NCBI GenBank assembly: GCA_016191465.1
Contig: JACPOP010000008.1
Span: forward strand, 26,039 to 90,038
Length of the DNA stretch: 64,000 nt
Direction: 5' to 3'
Origin: Chloroflexota bacterium
GTDB lineage: Bacteria > Chloroflexota > UBA6077 > CF-72
In this document: positions 30,801 to 38,836 of the stretch, in pieces
Numbering within the stretch: the first letter of the stretch is position 1
Layout: each line of letters opens with the position of its first letter
The notes under the pieces: generated by a model
What the model saw: the letters and a program-made list of their open reading frames with translations, nothing else
What the model was told of the DNA's origin: nothing
Database searches by the model: none
Program-made: the position numbers and the translations under genes

Positions 30801-30992
30801 GAAGACGGACGGATTGCTGCAAGCTTCCCCGACTCGGGGCGCGTGCTGGTGTTCGACACGGATGGACGCCAGGTGGCGCAGTTCCAGCTTCCACAGAACG
30901 GCTACCCGGTGGGCGTGAGCCTGGCGCAGCCCGGCAGACTCCTGGTCGCGGACTCTCGCAACGGGCTCGTCATCTCATACCCGCTCCCCTGA
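27891..30992 (+). CDS. TIGR03663-like membrane protein (PMT-like N-terminus with DE and HGP motifs) fused to a C-terminal NHL-repeat beta-propeller
   Basis: N-terminal HHDESLHAVYSWYLY…HDPMMHGPFLF gives the family-invariant DE and HGP. The C-terminus has at least five NHL-type blades (RIYVAEGRAGRITAFNPDGT; GDVYVADTWNHRVQRFDASGK; GEVYVSDTGNKRIQVFDASGR; GTLWVADAWNRRIQRFSPTGQ; …). Start uncertain: a GGAGG lies 7 nt before a TTG at ~27988. Confidence 0.8.
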   Translation: MHRYPRLYWAQVLGDRPPPRTAAAESRSEVRLLSSVQVGRRAPTATPTPTSPQLADDAERRPSVETPGAARRRYAFELPFEPDLLPIFGLVLVALALRLWDLGAKALHHDESLHAVYSWYLYVGRGYVHDPMMHGPFLFITNALTYFVVGVNDFTARLMPALFGTVLVGLPWLLRNEIGRGGAVAAAAMLAISPSFLYYSRFLRQDIYVDVFTLLMVIGVFRYLATGLHRWFYTAVVATALLFATKEDVFISGFIAFTFLAGAWFLLPREPRAHFRARVRALGWSRWLWGAAVFLAINLVLYTTFFTNLRGICTALVTLPLEGCSGAKGALNYWLDQQDFRRGGQPWFYYVMLMPLYELPPLVFGALALFRARGKNFFFWFSAYWFAAALLIYSWAGEKMPWMLPQIALPLILMAGRLLGEWAEAGWGRRALSGRGLAIGGLLLFGVLCLLAWVNLGAAQGAVPLDAQSATLQRIALSVVVAAIAGGTVWLATRWGSRIWKPGLALGVLAILGAGWLRVSLGVNYDRPDTPTEPLVYVQSSPDVVFVAKEIERIAAQTGQGKDLRILMDNGWGDGVHESVAWPFEWYLRDYKNRTYFTKTIDPRLNLADYPVLLVMAPNIEPIQAQLAQFNGTKYRLNWWFPEDYKGFDAEGPGVTIAGRKIALPWLNFGLIKDTLSVPQNQLSLLKFLIYRQAPNELAGREFYAYINKNVPQIGFGGPASPAAAPSTASQPLAVPSGPRTAVQQQGPDGSIIFGRSAEGASVLTDPKNVAVAPDGRIYVAEGRAGRITAFNPDGTIASSWGSFGAGDGQLQEPWGVAVAPNGDVYVADTWNHRVQRFDASGKPLAKWGSLDDAKGLADGSKPSAFWGPRSIAISPSGEVYVSDTGNKRIQVFDASGRYLRMFGGEGTGPGQLREPVGLAFDSQGTLWVADAWNRRIQRFSPTGQPLAEFAVPAEWQGTAVTNKPYIAASEDGRIAASFPDSGRVLVFDTDGRQVAQFQLPQNGYPVGVSLAQPGRLLVADSRNGLVISYPLP

Positions 30993-31119
30993 GCACGCGC
31001 TGGCTCGCTTGCGTCCAGCGGTTGCTCGATGCCCCCACTGCTGCGCACCTCCCCTTTTGCATCACCGTCGGCAGCGCCGCCTGCCTTTCACGCTCACCAC
31101 GCCCACCGGAGGACATCTC

Positions 31120-32148
31120 TTGGCACTGAAAGGCCGGGTACTCGGCCTCGCACTCACCGTGCTCTTCCTGTGGCTCGCGGTGCAGCAGGTTGACCCGAGC
31201 AAGCTGGGCTCCGAGCTGGCTCGGGTCAACTACCTGTGGCTCGTGCCGTCCGGGTTGAGCACGCTGGTGGGCTACGGGCTGCGAACCGCGCGCTGGCGAG
31301 CCATTTTGAGCGGCGAGGCCCGGGCCGGCATGCGCACGCTCTTTCCTATCCTGATCATGGGATTTGCCACGAACAACCTGCTCCCGGGCCGACTGGGCGA
31401 ATTCTGGCGTGCCTACTTGCTGGGCCGGAAGCGGAACGTGCGCAAGAGCGCGGCGCTCGCATCCGTCGTCGTGGAGCGGCTGTTCGACGGGATCGTGCTC
31501 ATCCTCATTCTGTCCATCGTGGCACGAGTGGTCCCGCTCCCAGCGCTCGGCCAGCAGGTACAGGTGCTTGCCACTGCAATCTTTCTCGTTGCCACGCTGG
31601 GGATGGCGCTGATCCTGTGGAAGCCAGTCCTGGTGCAGGTGCTTCTGCGGATGGCCCTGCGCCCGGCTCCCGAGCGCATTCGGCAGTGGGTCGAGAGCGT
31701 CTCTGCCGCGTTCCTCGACGGATTAGCGCCCTTGCGCTCGCCGAGCGTGCTCCTCGTGGCCGCCGTATTCTCGGCGGGCGTGTGGCTGTTCGAGGGCGCC
31801 TCGTATTACCTGCTCAGTCGTGGAACAAACCTCGGCCTGGAGGCCGCGATGGAGCTTCCGGCGATGGGTCTGACGCTGGTCATGATCAATCTGGGCATCA
31901 TGGTCCCGGCGGCTCCCGGGTACGTTGGTACGCAGGAGTTTTTCGGCAAGCAGGCTCTCGGCGTCTTCGGGGTTGACCCGGAGTCGGCGCTGGCGCTCGT
32001 GCTGGTCTCCCACGCAGTGCAGTACGCGCTGGTGACCGGGCTTGGGCTGGCGTTCTTCGCGCGCGAGCACCTTTGGCCTTCCAGCCTTGCGCGAGTCACC
32101 GCGGCCGTCGCGGCCCGTGGCGCGCCAGACCCGAAGCCACTCTCCTGA
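31120..32148 (+). CDS. Flippase-like UPF0104 membrane protein, paralog 2
   Basis: Family core LPGRLGEFWRAYLLGRKRNVRKSAALASVVVERLFDGIVLIL… Probable TTG start ~31120. The ORF upstream to 31009 looks non-coding. Confidence 0.7.
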   Translation: MALKGRVLGLALTVLFLWLAVQQVDPSKLGSELARVNYLWLVPSGLSTLVGYGLRTARWRAILSGEARAGMRTLFPILIMGFATNNLLPGRLGEFWRAYLLGRKRNVRKSAALASVVVERLFDGIVLILILSIVARVVPLPALGQQVQVLATAIFLVATLGMALILWKPVLVQVLLRMALRPAPERIRQWVESVSAAFLDGLAPLRSPSVLLVAAVFSAGVWLFEGASYYLLSRGTNLGLEAAMELPAMGLTLVMINLGIMVPAAPGYVGTQEFFGKQALGVFGVDPESALALVLVSHAVQYALVTGLGLAFFAREHLWPSSLARVTAAVAARGAPDPKPLS

Positions 32149-32167
32149 CGGCGTCCGCACGACAGCC

Positions 32168-33181
32168 ATGACCCGCGGGAACACCGCCAGGATCAGCGTC
32201 GGCGTCGCGGTCAGCGCGGTGCTCCTGGCGCTGTTGCTGAAGGCGGTCGATCCAGCGCAATTGGTCGACGACATCCGCCAGTCGGATTGGCGGCTGCTCT
32301 TGCCGGCGACGGCGCTCTACTTCGTTGGGGTATGGGTGCGCAGCATCCGCTGGTCCCTCCTGCTGCCGCGCGAGACGCGGAACCAGGCGAACATCTTTCG
32401 CGCGCTCATCGTCGGCTTCACGGTCAACAACGTCGTTCCCATCCGACTGGGAGAGATCGGGCGGGCGTACCTGCTGGCGCGGTGGGACGGCGTTCCCTAC
32501 GGCTCCACGATCGCCTCGATCGTGGTGGAGCGGATCCTGGACGGACTGACGCTGTCGGCGCTCCTGGTCCTGGGAATGCTGTTCGTCTCACCGCCGGCGT
32601 ATCTGGTCGGCCTCGCCGCGGCTCTGGCTGCGGTGTTCGTGGGCGGGGCGATCGGCGTCGCGATCGCGGCCTGGCGCACCTCGGCCCTGGTGGCCGTCGC
32701 GGCATGGGTGGCCCGGTGGCTCCCGGCGCGCCTGGGGCTGCTGCTGGTGCGCCTCGCAGAGGGCTTCGCGGGATCGCTGGGCGTTATCCGCGGGGTGCCA
32801 CTGCTGCTGACGCTCGCCGGCCTTTCCCTGGTTGCCTGGATGATCGAGCTGAGTGTCTTCTGGCTGCTGATGCTGGCCTTTCCGATCCAGCCGTCGTTTG
32901 CAGACGCGGCGATTGTGGGCACGCTCGCCAACTTCGCCACGGCGATCCCCTCATCGCCCGGCTACGTGGGGACGTTCGACGGCGCCATCGTCCGGGTCCT
33001 GGGAGACCTGCAACCGGCGGTCTCAACGGGAGTCGCCGCCGCGTATGCCCTTGTTCTGCACGCCGTGCTGTTCATTCCGGTGACGCTGGTGGGTATCGCA
33101 ATCCTGTGGCGCGCCAACCTGTCGCTGGGCGAGCTGACGCGCGGCTCGAGGGCCAGCCTCGCCCCCAGCGCGGCCGAGTAG
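32168..33181 (+). CDS. Flippase-like UPF0104 membrane protein, paralog 3
   Basis: ATG at 32168 (MTRGNTARISVGVAVSAVLLALLL…). Core PIRLGEIGRAYLLARWDGVPYGSTIASIVVERILDGLTL closely paralogous to 31120..32148. Confidence 0.8.
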   Translation: MTRGNTARISVGVAVSAVLLALLLKAVDPAQLVDDIRQSDWRLLLPATALYFVGVWVRSIRWSLLLPRETRNQANIFRALIVGFTVNNVVPIRLGEIGRAYLLARWDGVPYGSTIASIVVERILDGLTLSALLVLGMLFVSPPAYLVGLAAALAAVFVGGAIGVAIAAWRTSALVAVAAWVARWLPARLGLLLVRLAEGFAGSLGVIRGVPLLLTLAGLSLVAWMIELSVFWLLMLAFPIQPSFADAAIVGTLANFATAIPSSPGYVGTFDGAIVRVLGDLQPAVSTGVAAAYALVLHAVLFIPVTLVGIAILWRANLSLGELTRGSRASLAPSAAE

Positions 33182-33222
33182 TGCCTCGCGGGACTCCCCC
33201 GGGAGCGCAACCGCTTCCCGGC

Positions 33223-35892
33223 ATGGAAGACAGCGGCCTGTCACCGATCCGCCGGCAGTACCTGGACCTGAAGCGACGCCACCCGGACGCCATCCTGTTC
33301 TTCCGCCTCGGCGACTTCTACGAGACGTTCGAGAGCGATGCGGAGATCGCGGCTCGGGTTCTGGACCTGGCCCTGACCTCGCGAGAGATGGGCCGCGGGG
33401 AACGGTTGCCGATGGCGGGGCTGCCTGCCCACGCCGCGGAGGGCTACCTGGCGCGCCTGATCGCCGAGGGGTACCACGTCGCGTTAGCCGAGCAGGTGGG
33501 CGACGTGGTGAAAGGCGGCCTGGTGCGGCGCGAGGTAGTCCGCGTGCTCACCCCGGGCACCGTCATCGAGGACAGCTTGCTGGCGGCGGACCGCAACAAC
33601 TTCCTGGCGGCGCTGGCACTGCCAGAAGGCGGCGAACAACCAGGACGCTGCGCCGGGCTTGCCTACCTTGACGTAAGTACTGGCGACTTCTGGGCTGGAG
33701 AGCTTCCGTACACGCGTGACACGCTGGCCGCCGAGCTGACGCGGATCGGCCCCGCGGAGTGCCTGGTGCCGGAGGGCCGTCGGGCCTTCGCCGTTTCCGT
33801 GCTGCCCGACGGAGCCCACGTCACGGAGCGCGGTGCCGACCGCTTCGCGCCCAGCACGGCGAGCCGCGCGCTGGCGCGGCACTTCGGCGGCGGCGCCGAG
33901 GGCAGCGGTCTTCACGAAGCGCCGCTAGCGCTGGCCGCCGCCGGCAGCCTGGTTGCCTACGTGGCCGAGACGCGCGAAAGCGCGGTTCGCACGCTGTCGC
34001 CGCCCCGACTCTACTCCACGGCCGGCACGATGCTGCTCGATCGCGCGACACGGCGGAACCTCGACCTGTTGGACGGCGGGGGCACGGGCCTGTCGCTGGT
34101 TCGCGTGCTTGACAGAACGCGGACCTCCATGGGCGCTCGGCTGCTGCGGGCGTGGCTCGGGCAGCCGCTGCTTGACCCGGACTCGATCAATCGCCGCCTG
34201 GACGCGGTCGAGACGCTGGCGCGCCACGCCAGCGCCCGCGGACGAGTGATCGTCGCGCTCAAGGGGCTTGCCGACCTGGAGCGGCTCGGCGCTCGCGCCG
34301 GCCAGGAGGCGCTGGCGCCCCGCGAATGCCTGGCGCTGGCAGGCGCACTTGCCCGCGTGCCAGCTATCGACACCGCGCTACGCGACCTCCCGCTCGCGGC
34401 GGCGCTCGCGGATGCGCGGGCGGCTCTCGATCCCGTGGACGAAGCCACGGGCGACGTGCGCGCCCACGTTCGAGAGGGCGCGACGATTTTCGGCGAGGGC
34501 GTGGTCTTGCCGGGCGTCTCAGCCGAGCTTGACGAGCTGCGGTCGCTGGCTGGTGATGGGCGCCAGTGGATCGCGGGCCTCGAGCAGCGCGAGCGTGAGC
34601 GGTCCGGCGTTCGCGGCCTGAAGGTGGGCTTCAACAAGGTCTTTGGCTATTACCTGGAAGTCTCAGCGGCCCAGTGCGCGCAGCCAACCGATTACTACCA
34701 GCGCCAGGTGACGGGCGCGGACGCGGTGCTGCCTCACCTCGAGAAGTTGGGGTGGACCCGCAAGCAGACCGTTGCCAACGCGGAGCGCTTCGTCACGCCC
34801 GAGCTGAAGGAGATGGAGGGTCGAGTTAATCGAGCCGCCGACGAAGCGCTGCGCCTGGAGAGAACGCTGTACAACGGGCTGCTGGCGCGCCTGGCGACGC
34901 TGGCGCCGCGTATCAGCGCTACGGCGCGGGCAATTGCCAGGATCGACGTTGTAGCGAGCCTCGCCGAAGTGGCCGAGGCGAACCGTTACGTCCGTCCCGT
35001 CGTGGATGGATCCACGCGGCTGGAGATCGCGGGCGGGCGACACCCGGTGGTTGAGCAGGCGCTGCCGCCCGGCGCATTCGTGCCGAACGACACTCGCATG
35101 AACGGGGAAACGCGTACGGCACTCCTCACGGGCCCCAATATGGCCGGCAAGAGCACCTATTTGCGCCAGGTCGCGCTGATCGTGGCCATGGCGCAGTCCG
35201 GCAGCTTCGTACCCGCGGTATCGGCGGCGGTCGGCGTGGTGGACCGGATCTTCACCCGCATCGGCGCCCAGGACGATCTCGCGGCGGGTCGTAGCACGTT
35301 CATGGTGGAGATGTCTGAGGCCGCGGCCATTCTGCGGTCCGCCACCGGTCGCAGCCTGGTGATCCTGGACGAAGTGGGCCGCGGAACCAGCACGCACGAC
35401 GGGCTGTCGCTGGCTCGCGCCATCCTCGAGGATCTGCACGGCCTGGAACGGCCCGGAGGATCGCCCAAGACGCTTTTCGCCACCCACTACCACGAGCTCA
35501 CGAGCCTCGCCGAACACCTGCCGGGGGTGGAGAACTATCGCCTTGAAGTGCTGGAGCAGGGAGACGACGTGGTGTTCCTGCACAGCGTCGTGCCAGGTGG
35601 CGCGGATCGCTCGTATGGGGTCCACGTGGCGAAGCTGGCGGGAGTACCGGAACGGGTGGTCGCGCGCGCGGCCTCACTTCTGCGCGAGCTTGAAGCGACG
35701 CCGCCGGTCGCTCGCCGGGAGCAGCCTCCGCGGGCCGTGATGACTGCACCGTGTTCCGTGTGCGATGAGCTGGCGGCGCTGGAGGTGCTACAGCTCAGTC
35801 CGCTACAGGCCCAGGCTGAGCTTCACCGGTTGTGGGAGCAGGCGCGGCGCACCCTGCGCGACTTGACAGAACGTGCGTCCCGCGGTGGCTGA
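33223..35892 (+). CDS. mutS: DNA mismatch repair protein MutS
   Basis: MEDSGLSPIRRQYLDLKRRHPDAILFFRLGDFYETF… mismatch-binding N-terminus and Walker A GPNMAGKSTYLRQ. 889 aa from ATG 33223. The ORF upstream to 32287 is read-through. Confidence 0.95.
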   Translation: MEDSGLSPIRRQYLDLKRRHPDAILFFRLGDFYETFESDAEIAARVLDLALTSREMGRGERLPMAGLPAHAAEGYLARLIAEGYHVALAEQVGDVVKGGLVRREVVRVLTPGTVIEDSLLAADRNNFLAALALPEGGEQPGRCAGLAYLDVSTGDFWAGELPYTRDTLAAELTRIGPAECLVPEGRRAFAVSVLPDGAHVTERGADRFAPSTASRALARHFGGGAEGSGLHEAPLALAAAGSLVAYVAETRESAVRTLSPPRLYSTAGTMLLDRATRRNLDLLDGGGTGLSLVRVLDRTRTSMGARLLRAWLGQPLLDPDSINRRLDAVETLARHASARGRVIVALKGLADLERLGARAGQEALAPRECLALAGALARVPAIDTALRDLPLAAALADARAALDPVDEATGDVRAHVREGATIFGEGVVLPGVSAELDELRSLAGDGRQWIAGLEQRERERSGVRGLKVGFNKVFGYYLEVSAAQCAQPTDYYQRQVTGADAVLPHLEKLGWTRKQTVANAERFVTPELKEMEGRVNRAADEALRLERTLYNGLLARLATLAPRISATARAIARIDVVASLAEVAEANRYVRPVVDGSTRLEIAGGRHPVVEQALPPGAFVPNDTRMNGETRTALLTGPNMAGKSTYLRQVALIVAMAQSGSFVPAVSAAVGVVDRIFTRIGAQDDLAAGRSTFMVEMSEAAAILRSATGRSLVILDEVGRGTSTHDGLSLARAILEDLHGLERPGGSPKTLFATHYHELTSLAEHLPGVENYRLEVLEQGDDVVFLHSVVPGGADRSYGVHVAKLAGVPERVVARAASLLRELEATPPVARREQPPRAVMTAPCSVCDELAALEVLQLSPLQAQAELHRLWEQARRTLRDLTERASRGG

Positions 35893-35908
35893 CCAGCGCA
35901 TCCAGGTG

Positions 35909-37627
35909 ATGGATCCCCACCTGGCGGCAAAGATCGCCGCCGGGGAGGTGATCGAGCGTCCGGCTTCGGTGGTGAAGGAGCTTGTGGAGAACGCCCTGGA
36001 CGCGGGCGCAACCTGGGTTCGGGTGGAAGTGGAAAATGGCGGCGCCGAGCGGATTGTGGTGGCGGACGACGGCTCGGGGATTCAAGCGGAGGAGGTGGAG
36101 CTGGCGTTCCGCCGCCATGCCACGAGCAAGCTGAAGCGCGAGGCCGACCTGGACCGCCTGGTGACGCTGGGGTTCCGAGGCGAGGCGCTGCCAAGCATCG
36201 CCGCCATTGCCGACGTGGTGTGCACCACCCGCGCGAACGACGAAGCCGCAGGGACGGAGGTGCGGATTGACTCGGGCGCGTTCGAGCGACGTGCCGTGGC
36301 GCGTCAGCCAGGCACTACGTTGGAGGTGCTGGGCCTATTCTCGCGCTTCCCGGCTCGACGTAAGTTCCTGCGAACCCGATCGACGGAGGCCGCGGCCTGT
36401 CTCCAGGTGGTGGTACCGCTGGCGCTCTCGTTCGCCGAAGTACGCTTCGAGGTGCGCATCGACGGCCGCGAGGTGCTGCGGACACCGGGCCGCGGGACTC
36501 TGCGTGAAGCGGCTGCCGCCGTGCTCGGCAGCGACGCCGACGCGCACCTGCTGGAGATGAACGACGAGCTGGTGGACGACGAGGGCCGAGTGCTAGTGCG
36601 TATCCGGGGACTGTGCGGCACGGGTTCGTACCACCGCGCATCCCGTTCGGGCCAGTTCCTGCTGCTCAACCGGCGCCCCATCCAGAACCGCACCCTGGGT
36701 TTTGCCGTCCACGAGGCGTATGGCTCGCTGGTTCCCGTCGGCCGCCACCCAGTGGCGGTGGTCCAGGTGGACGTCCCACCAGACGAAGTGGACTTCAACG
36801 TCCATCCCAGCAAGCTGGAAGTGAAGCTGCTCCGGGAACGGGCTGTCTTCGGCGCGGTTCAGCGGGCGATTCGCACCACCCTGGGCAGCCAGGGTTGGAC
36901 GATTCCCACCTGGGATGCGGTGGCACCCGTGCCCGGTGCTGGCCTTGGCTGGCCGGCCGCGGGTTCGACCCTCGGGAGCGAGACCGCTGGCGAGCATAGT
37001 GGCCCTGCCGCGGGCGGCCTGCTGGTGGGCGGTGAGCAGTTGCAAGCATTGCGCGTGGTGGGCCAGGTGGGCAGCACCTACGTGGTGGCCGAAGGCGACG
37101 CGGGGGTGTACCTGGTGGACCAGCACGCCGCGCACGAACGGGTGCAACTGGAGGCGCTCCGGGCCAGCCTCGCGGGAACCGATGCGGAGCGTCAGTTGCT
37201 CCTCGAGCCGCTCGTCGTCGCCGCGCCCGCAGAGGCGGTGCTGGAGGTGGAGCGCGGGCGGCTGGAGCTGCTTCGACTTGGCTTTGATGTGCAAGCGTTC
37301 GGCGCCGACGCGCTGCTTGTGCGGGCCGTGCCGGCGCTCCTCGCGCAGCGCAACCCGGAGCGCCTCTTGGGCGAAGCCGTCACCGCGCTCGTCCGCCAGA
37401 CCCACGGGCTGGTAGCAGATCCCCAGGCAACATGGGTCGAGCGGTTGGCGCTGGTCCTGGCCTGCAAGAGCGCCGTTCGGGCCGGCGACAGCCTGGGTCG
37501 AGCAGAGATGGAAGCGCTGCTCCGCCAACTGGGCGAGACGGCCCTGTGCCGAACCTGCGCCCACGGCCGACCCACCGCGGTGCTCATGCCGTTCGCTCAA
37601 CTGGAGCGAGAGTTCGGGCGGCGGTAG
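35909..37627 (+). CDS. mutL: DNA mismatch repair protein MutL (with C-terminal endonuclease motif DQHAAHERV)
   Basis: GHKL ATPase N-terminus AAKIAAGEVIERPASVVKELVENALDAGA. The C-terminus carries DQHA(X)2E, typical of MutH-independent MutL. ATG 35909, with an alternative at 35873 overlapping mutS. Confidence 0.9.
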   Translation: MDPHLAAKIAAGEVIERPASVVKELVENALDAGATWVRVEVENGGAERIVVADDGSGIQAEEVELAFRRHATSKLKREADLDRLVTLGFRGEALPSIAAIADVVCTTRANDEAAGTEVRIDSGAFERRAVARQPGTTLEVLGLFSRFPARRKFLRTRSTEAAACLQVVVPLALSFAEVRFEVRIDGREVLRTPGRGTLREAAAAVLGSDADAHLLEMNDELVDDEGRVLVRIRGLCGTGSYHRASRSGQFLLLNRRPIQNRTLGFAVHEAYGSLVPVGRHPVAVVQVDVPPDEVDFNVHPSKLEVKLLRERAVFGAVQRAIRTTLGSQGWTIPTWDAVAPVPGAGLGWPAAGSTLGSETAGEHSGPAAGGLLVGGEQLQALRVVGQVGSTYVVAEGDAGVYLVDQHAAHERVQLEALRASLAGTDAERQLLLEPLVVAAPAEAVLEVERGRLELLRLGFDVQAFGADALLVRAVPALLAQRNPERLLGEAVTALVRQTHGLVADPQATWVERLALVLACKSAVRAGDSLGRAEMEALLRQLGETALCRTCAHGRPTAVLMPFAQLEREFGRR

Positions 37628-37775
37628 GCGCGCTGACGCTCCCGCAATCTGCAGTGCTTTCGCATTGATCGCGCTCCTCGCTTGAGGATGAGGTGCTGTG
37701 GCTTTGGGCTTCCGAGCGCCGCCAATGCGAAATGCGGAGAGTCGCGCAGGCACTCAGGTGGCGAGGCTCTCGGAT

Positions 37776-37787
37776 GGTGGAGGTGGA
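37776..37787. repeat. Direct repeat tggtggaggtgg, identical to the 3'-terminal 12 nt of the tmRNA gene at 38361-38372
   Basis: Exact 12-mer seen at both positions. The two copies bracket the HNH endonuclease gene. Confidence 0.5.
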
Positions 37788-37816
37788 GACGACCCTGACC
37801 ATGGTAGTGTCGTCTT

Positions 37817-38335
37817 GTGCGAATTTGCTCCACATGCTGCCAAGCCTTCGAGCCGTCGAGCCGACACCGTGCCTGCCCCGCGTGCCGGGCGCGCGCGGCG
37901 AAGCGTGCCTGCCCGAAGTGCGGCGCCCTTATCCAGGCGAAGTCCCGGACATGCGCTGGCTGCGTTGTCGCGCGCGATTTCAGCGGCTCGCGGAACCCAA
38001 ACTGGAAGGGTGAAGCGGCACGCCACAAGAGCTACCACGGGTATGTTTACGTGCGCCGACCAGACCACCCACGGGGCGTGAAGAACGGCGGGTATGTCTT
38101 TGAACACATCATCGTCATGGAGTCATTGCTGGGTCGCCGGTTACTGCCCAGTGAGAACGTCCACCACAAGAGTGGAGTAAAGACCGATAATCGTGCTGAG
38201 AACCTCGAGTTGTGGGTGCGTGGGCAACCAGGCGGGCAGCGGGTTGACGACGCGGTGGCTTGGGCCCTCGCCATCCTTAACCACTACGCACCGGAGCGAC
38301 TCGCTCTCAGCGCTCGATCTCAGACTTCCAAATGA
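37817..38335 (+). CDS. HNH homing-type endonuclease with N-terminal Cys-rich zinc ribbon
   Basis: HNH signature …NGGYVFEHIIVMESLLGRRLLPSENVHHKSGVKTDNRAENLELW…, typical of phage or mobile HNH nucleases. Confidence 0.8.
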   Translation: MRICSTCCQAFEPSSRHRACPACRARAAKRACPKCGALIQAKSRTCAGCVVARDFSGSRNPNWKGEAARHKSYHGYVYVRRPDHPRGVKNGGYVFEHIIVMESLLGRRLLPSENVHHKSGVKTDNRAENLELWVRGQPGGQRVDDAVAWALAILNHYAPERLALSARSQTSK

Positions 38336-38375
38336 ACGAGGCCCTGCCAATTGGCAGGGCCTCGTTCATTTGGTG
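38330..38375. terminator. 46-bp perfect palindrome (21-bp stem, AATT loop) acting as a bidirectional terminator for HNH (+) and tmRNA (-)
   Basis: ccaaatgaacgaggccctgcc-aatt-ggcagggcctcgttcatttgg read directly. Overlaps the HNH stop codon and abuts the tmRNA 3' CCA. Confidence 0.55.
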
Positions 38376-38725
38376 GAGGTGGGGGGTAATTGAAACCCCC
38401 GTCCAGGGCAGGTTGACTGGAGATGTACTACAGGCTTGTTCGGTGATTTAGCTCTTATGCCTCAGGCTCTCGCCGACAGGATCTCGAGGCACCAGCCGAG
38501 TAGTCTTTTGTGCGCCTTACCCGGCGTTCCAGCGCACAGCAACCTAACTAAGTGGCTTCAGATTCCGGCCCATCAGGTGGAGGCCGGAGTGAAGTACGCG
38601 GGGTTTAGGCCGCGTAAGCGAGTTCGCGATTGCCAGTTAATGGCGTGGTAGCGGATTTTCGAGGGAGCCACCATCCTCGGCCTGCAATCTACAGATCTTC
38701 CCCTCTGTCGAAACCTGACACCCCC
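38361..38725 (-). ncRNA. ssrA: tmRNA (transfer-messenger RNA)
   Basis: On the - strand the 5' end reads GGGGGUGUCAGGUUUCGACAGAGGGG… (the canonical tmRNA 5' tRNA-like half). The 3' end reads GGACGGGGGUUUCAAUUACCCCCCACCUCCACCA (T-arm plus acceptor plus CCA). An internal tag ORF ends …N-R-E-L-A-Y-A-A-UAA. Sits immediately downstream of smpB. Confidence 0.85.
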
Positions 38726-38836
38726 GTGCAGTGCACGCGGTGTGGGAGGGGCGTATGCCTTTTTCCAGGTGCGTTCACAGGATAGAACACTGTGCGGTCA
38801 GCGCGCATTCCTTATCTCGGGGCCGGGTCGTGAAGC

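Noticed and set aside
37817-38335. HNH endonuclease as a MutH-substitute strand-nicking partner of the adjacent mutS-mutL
   Set aside because: MutL here carries the DQHA(X)2E endonuclease motif typical of MutH-independent repair. The HNH protein has homing/phage-type architecture and is bracketed by tmRNA-end repeats, so mobile origin is the better explanation.
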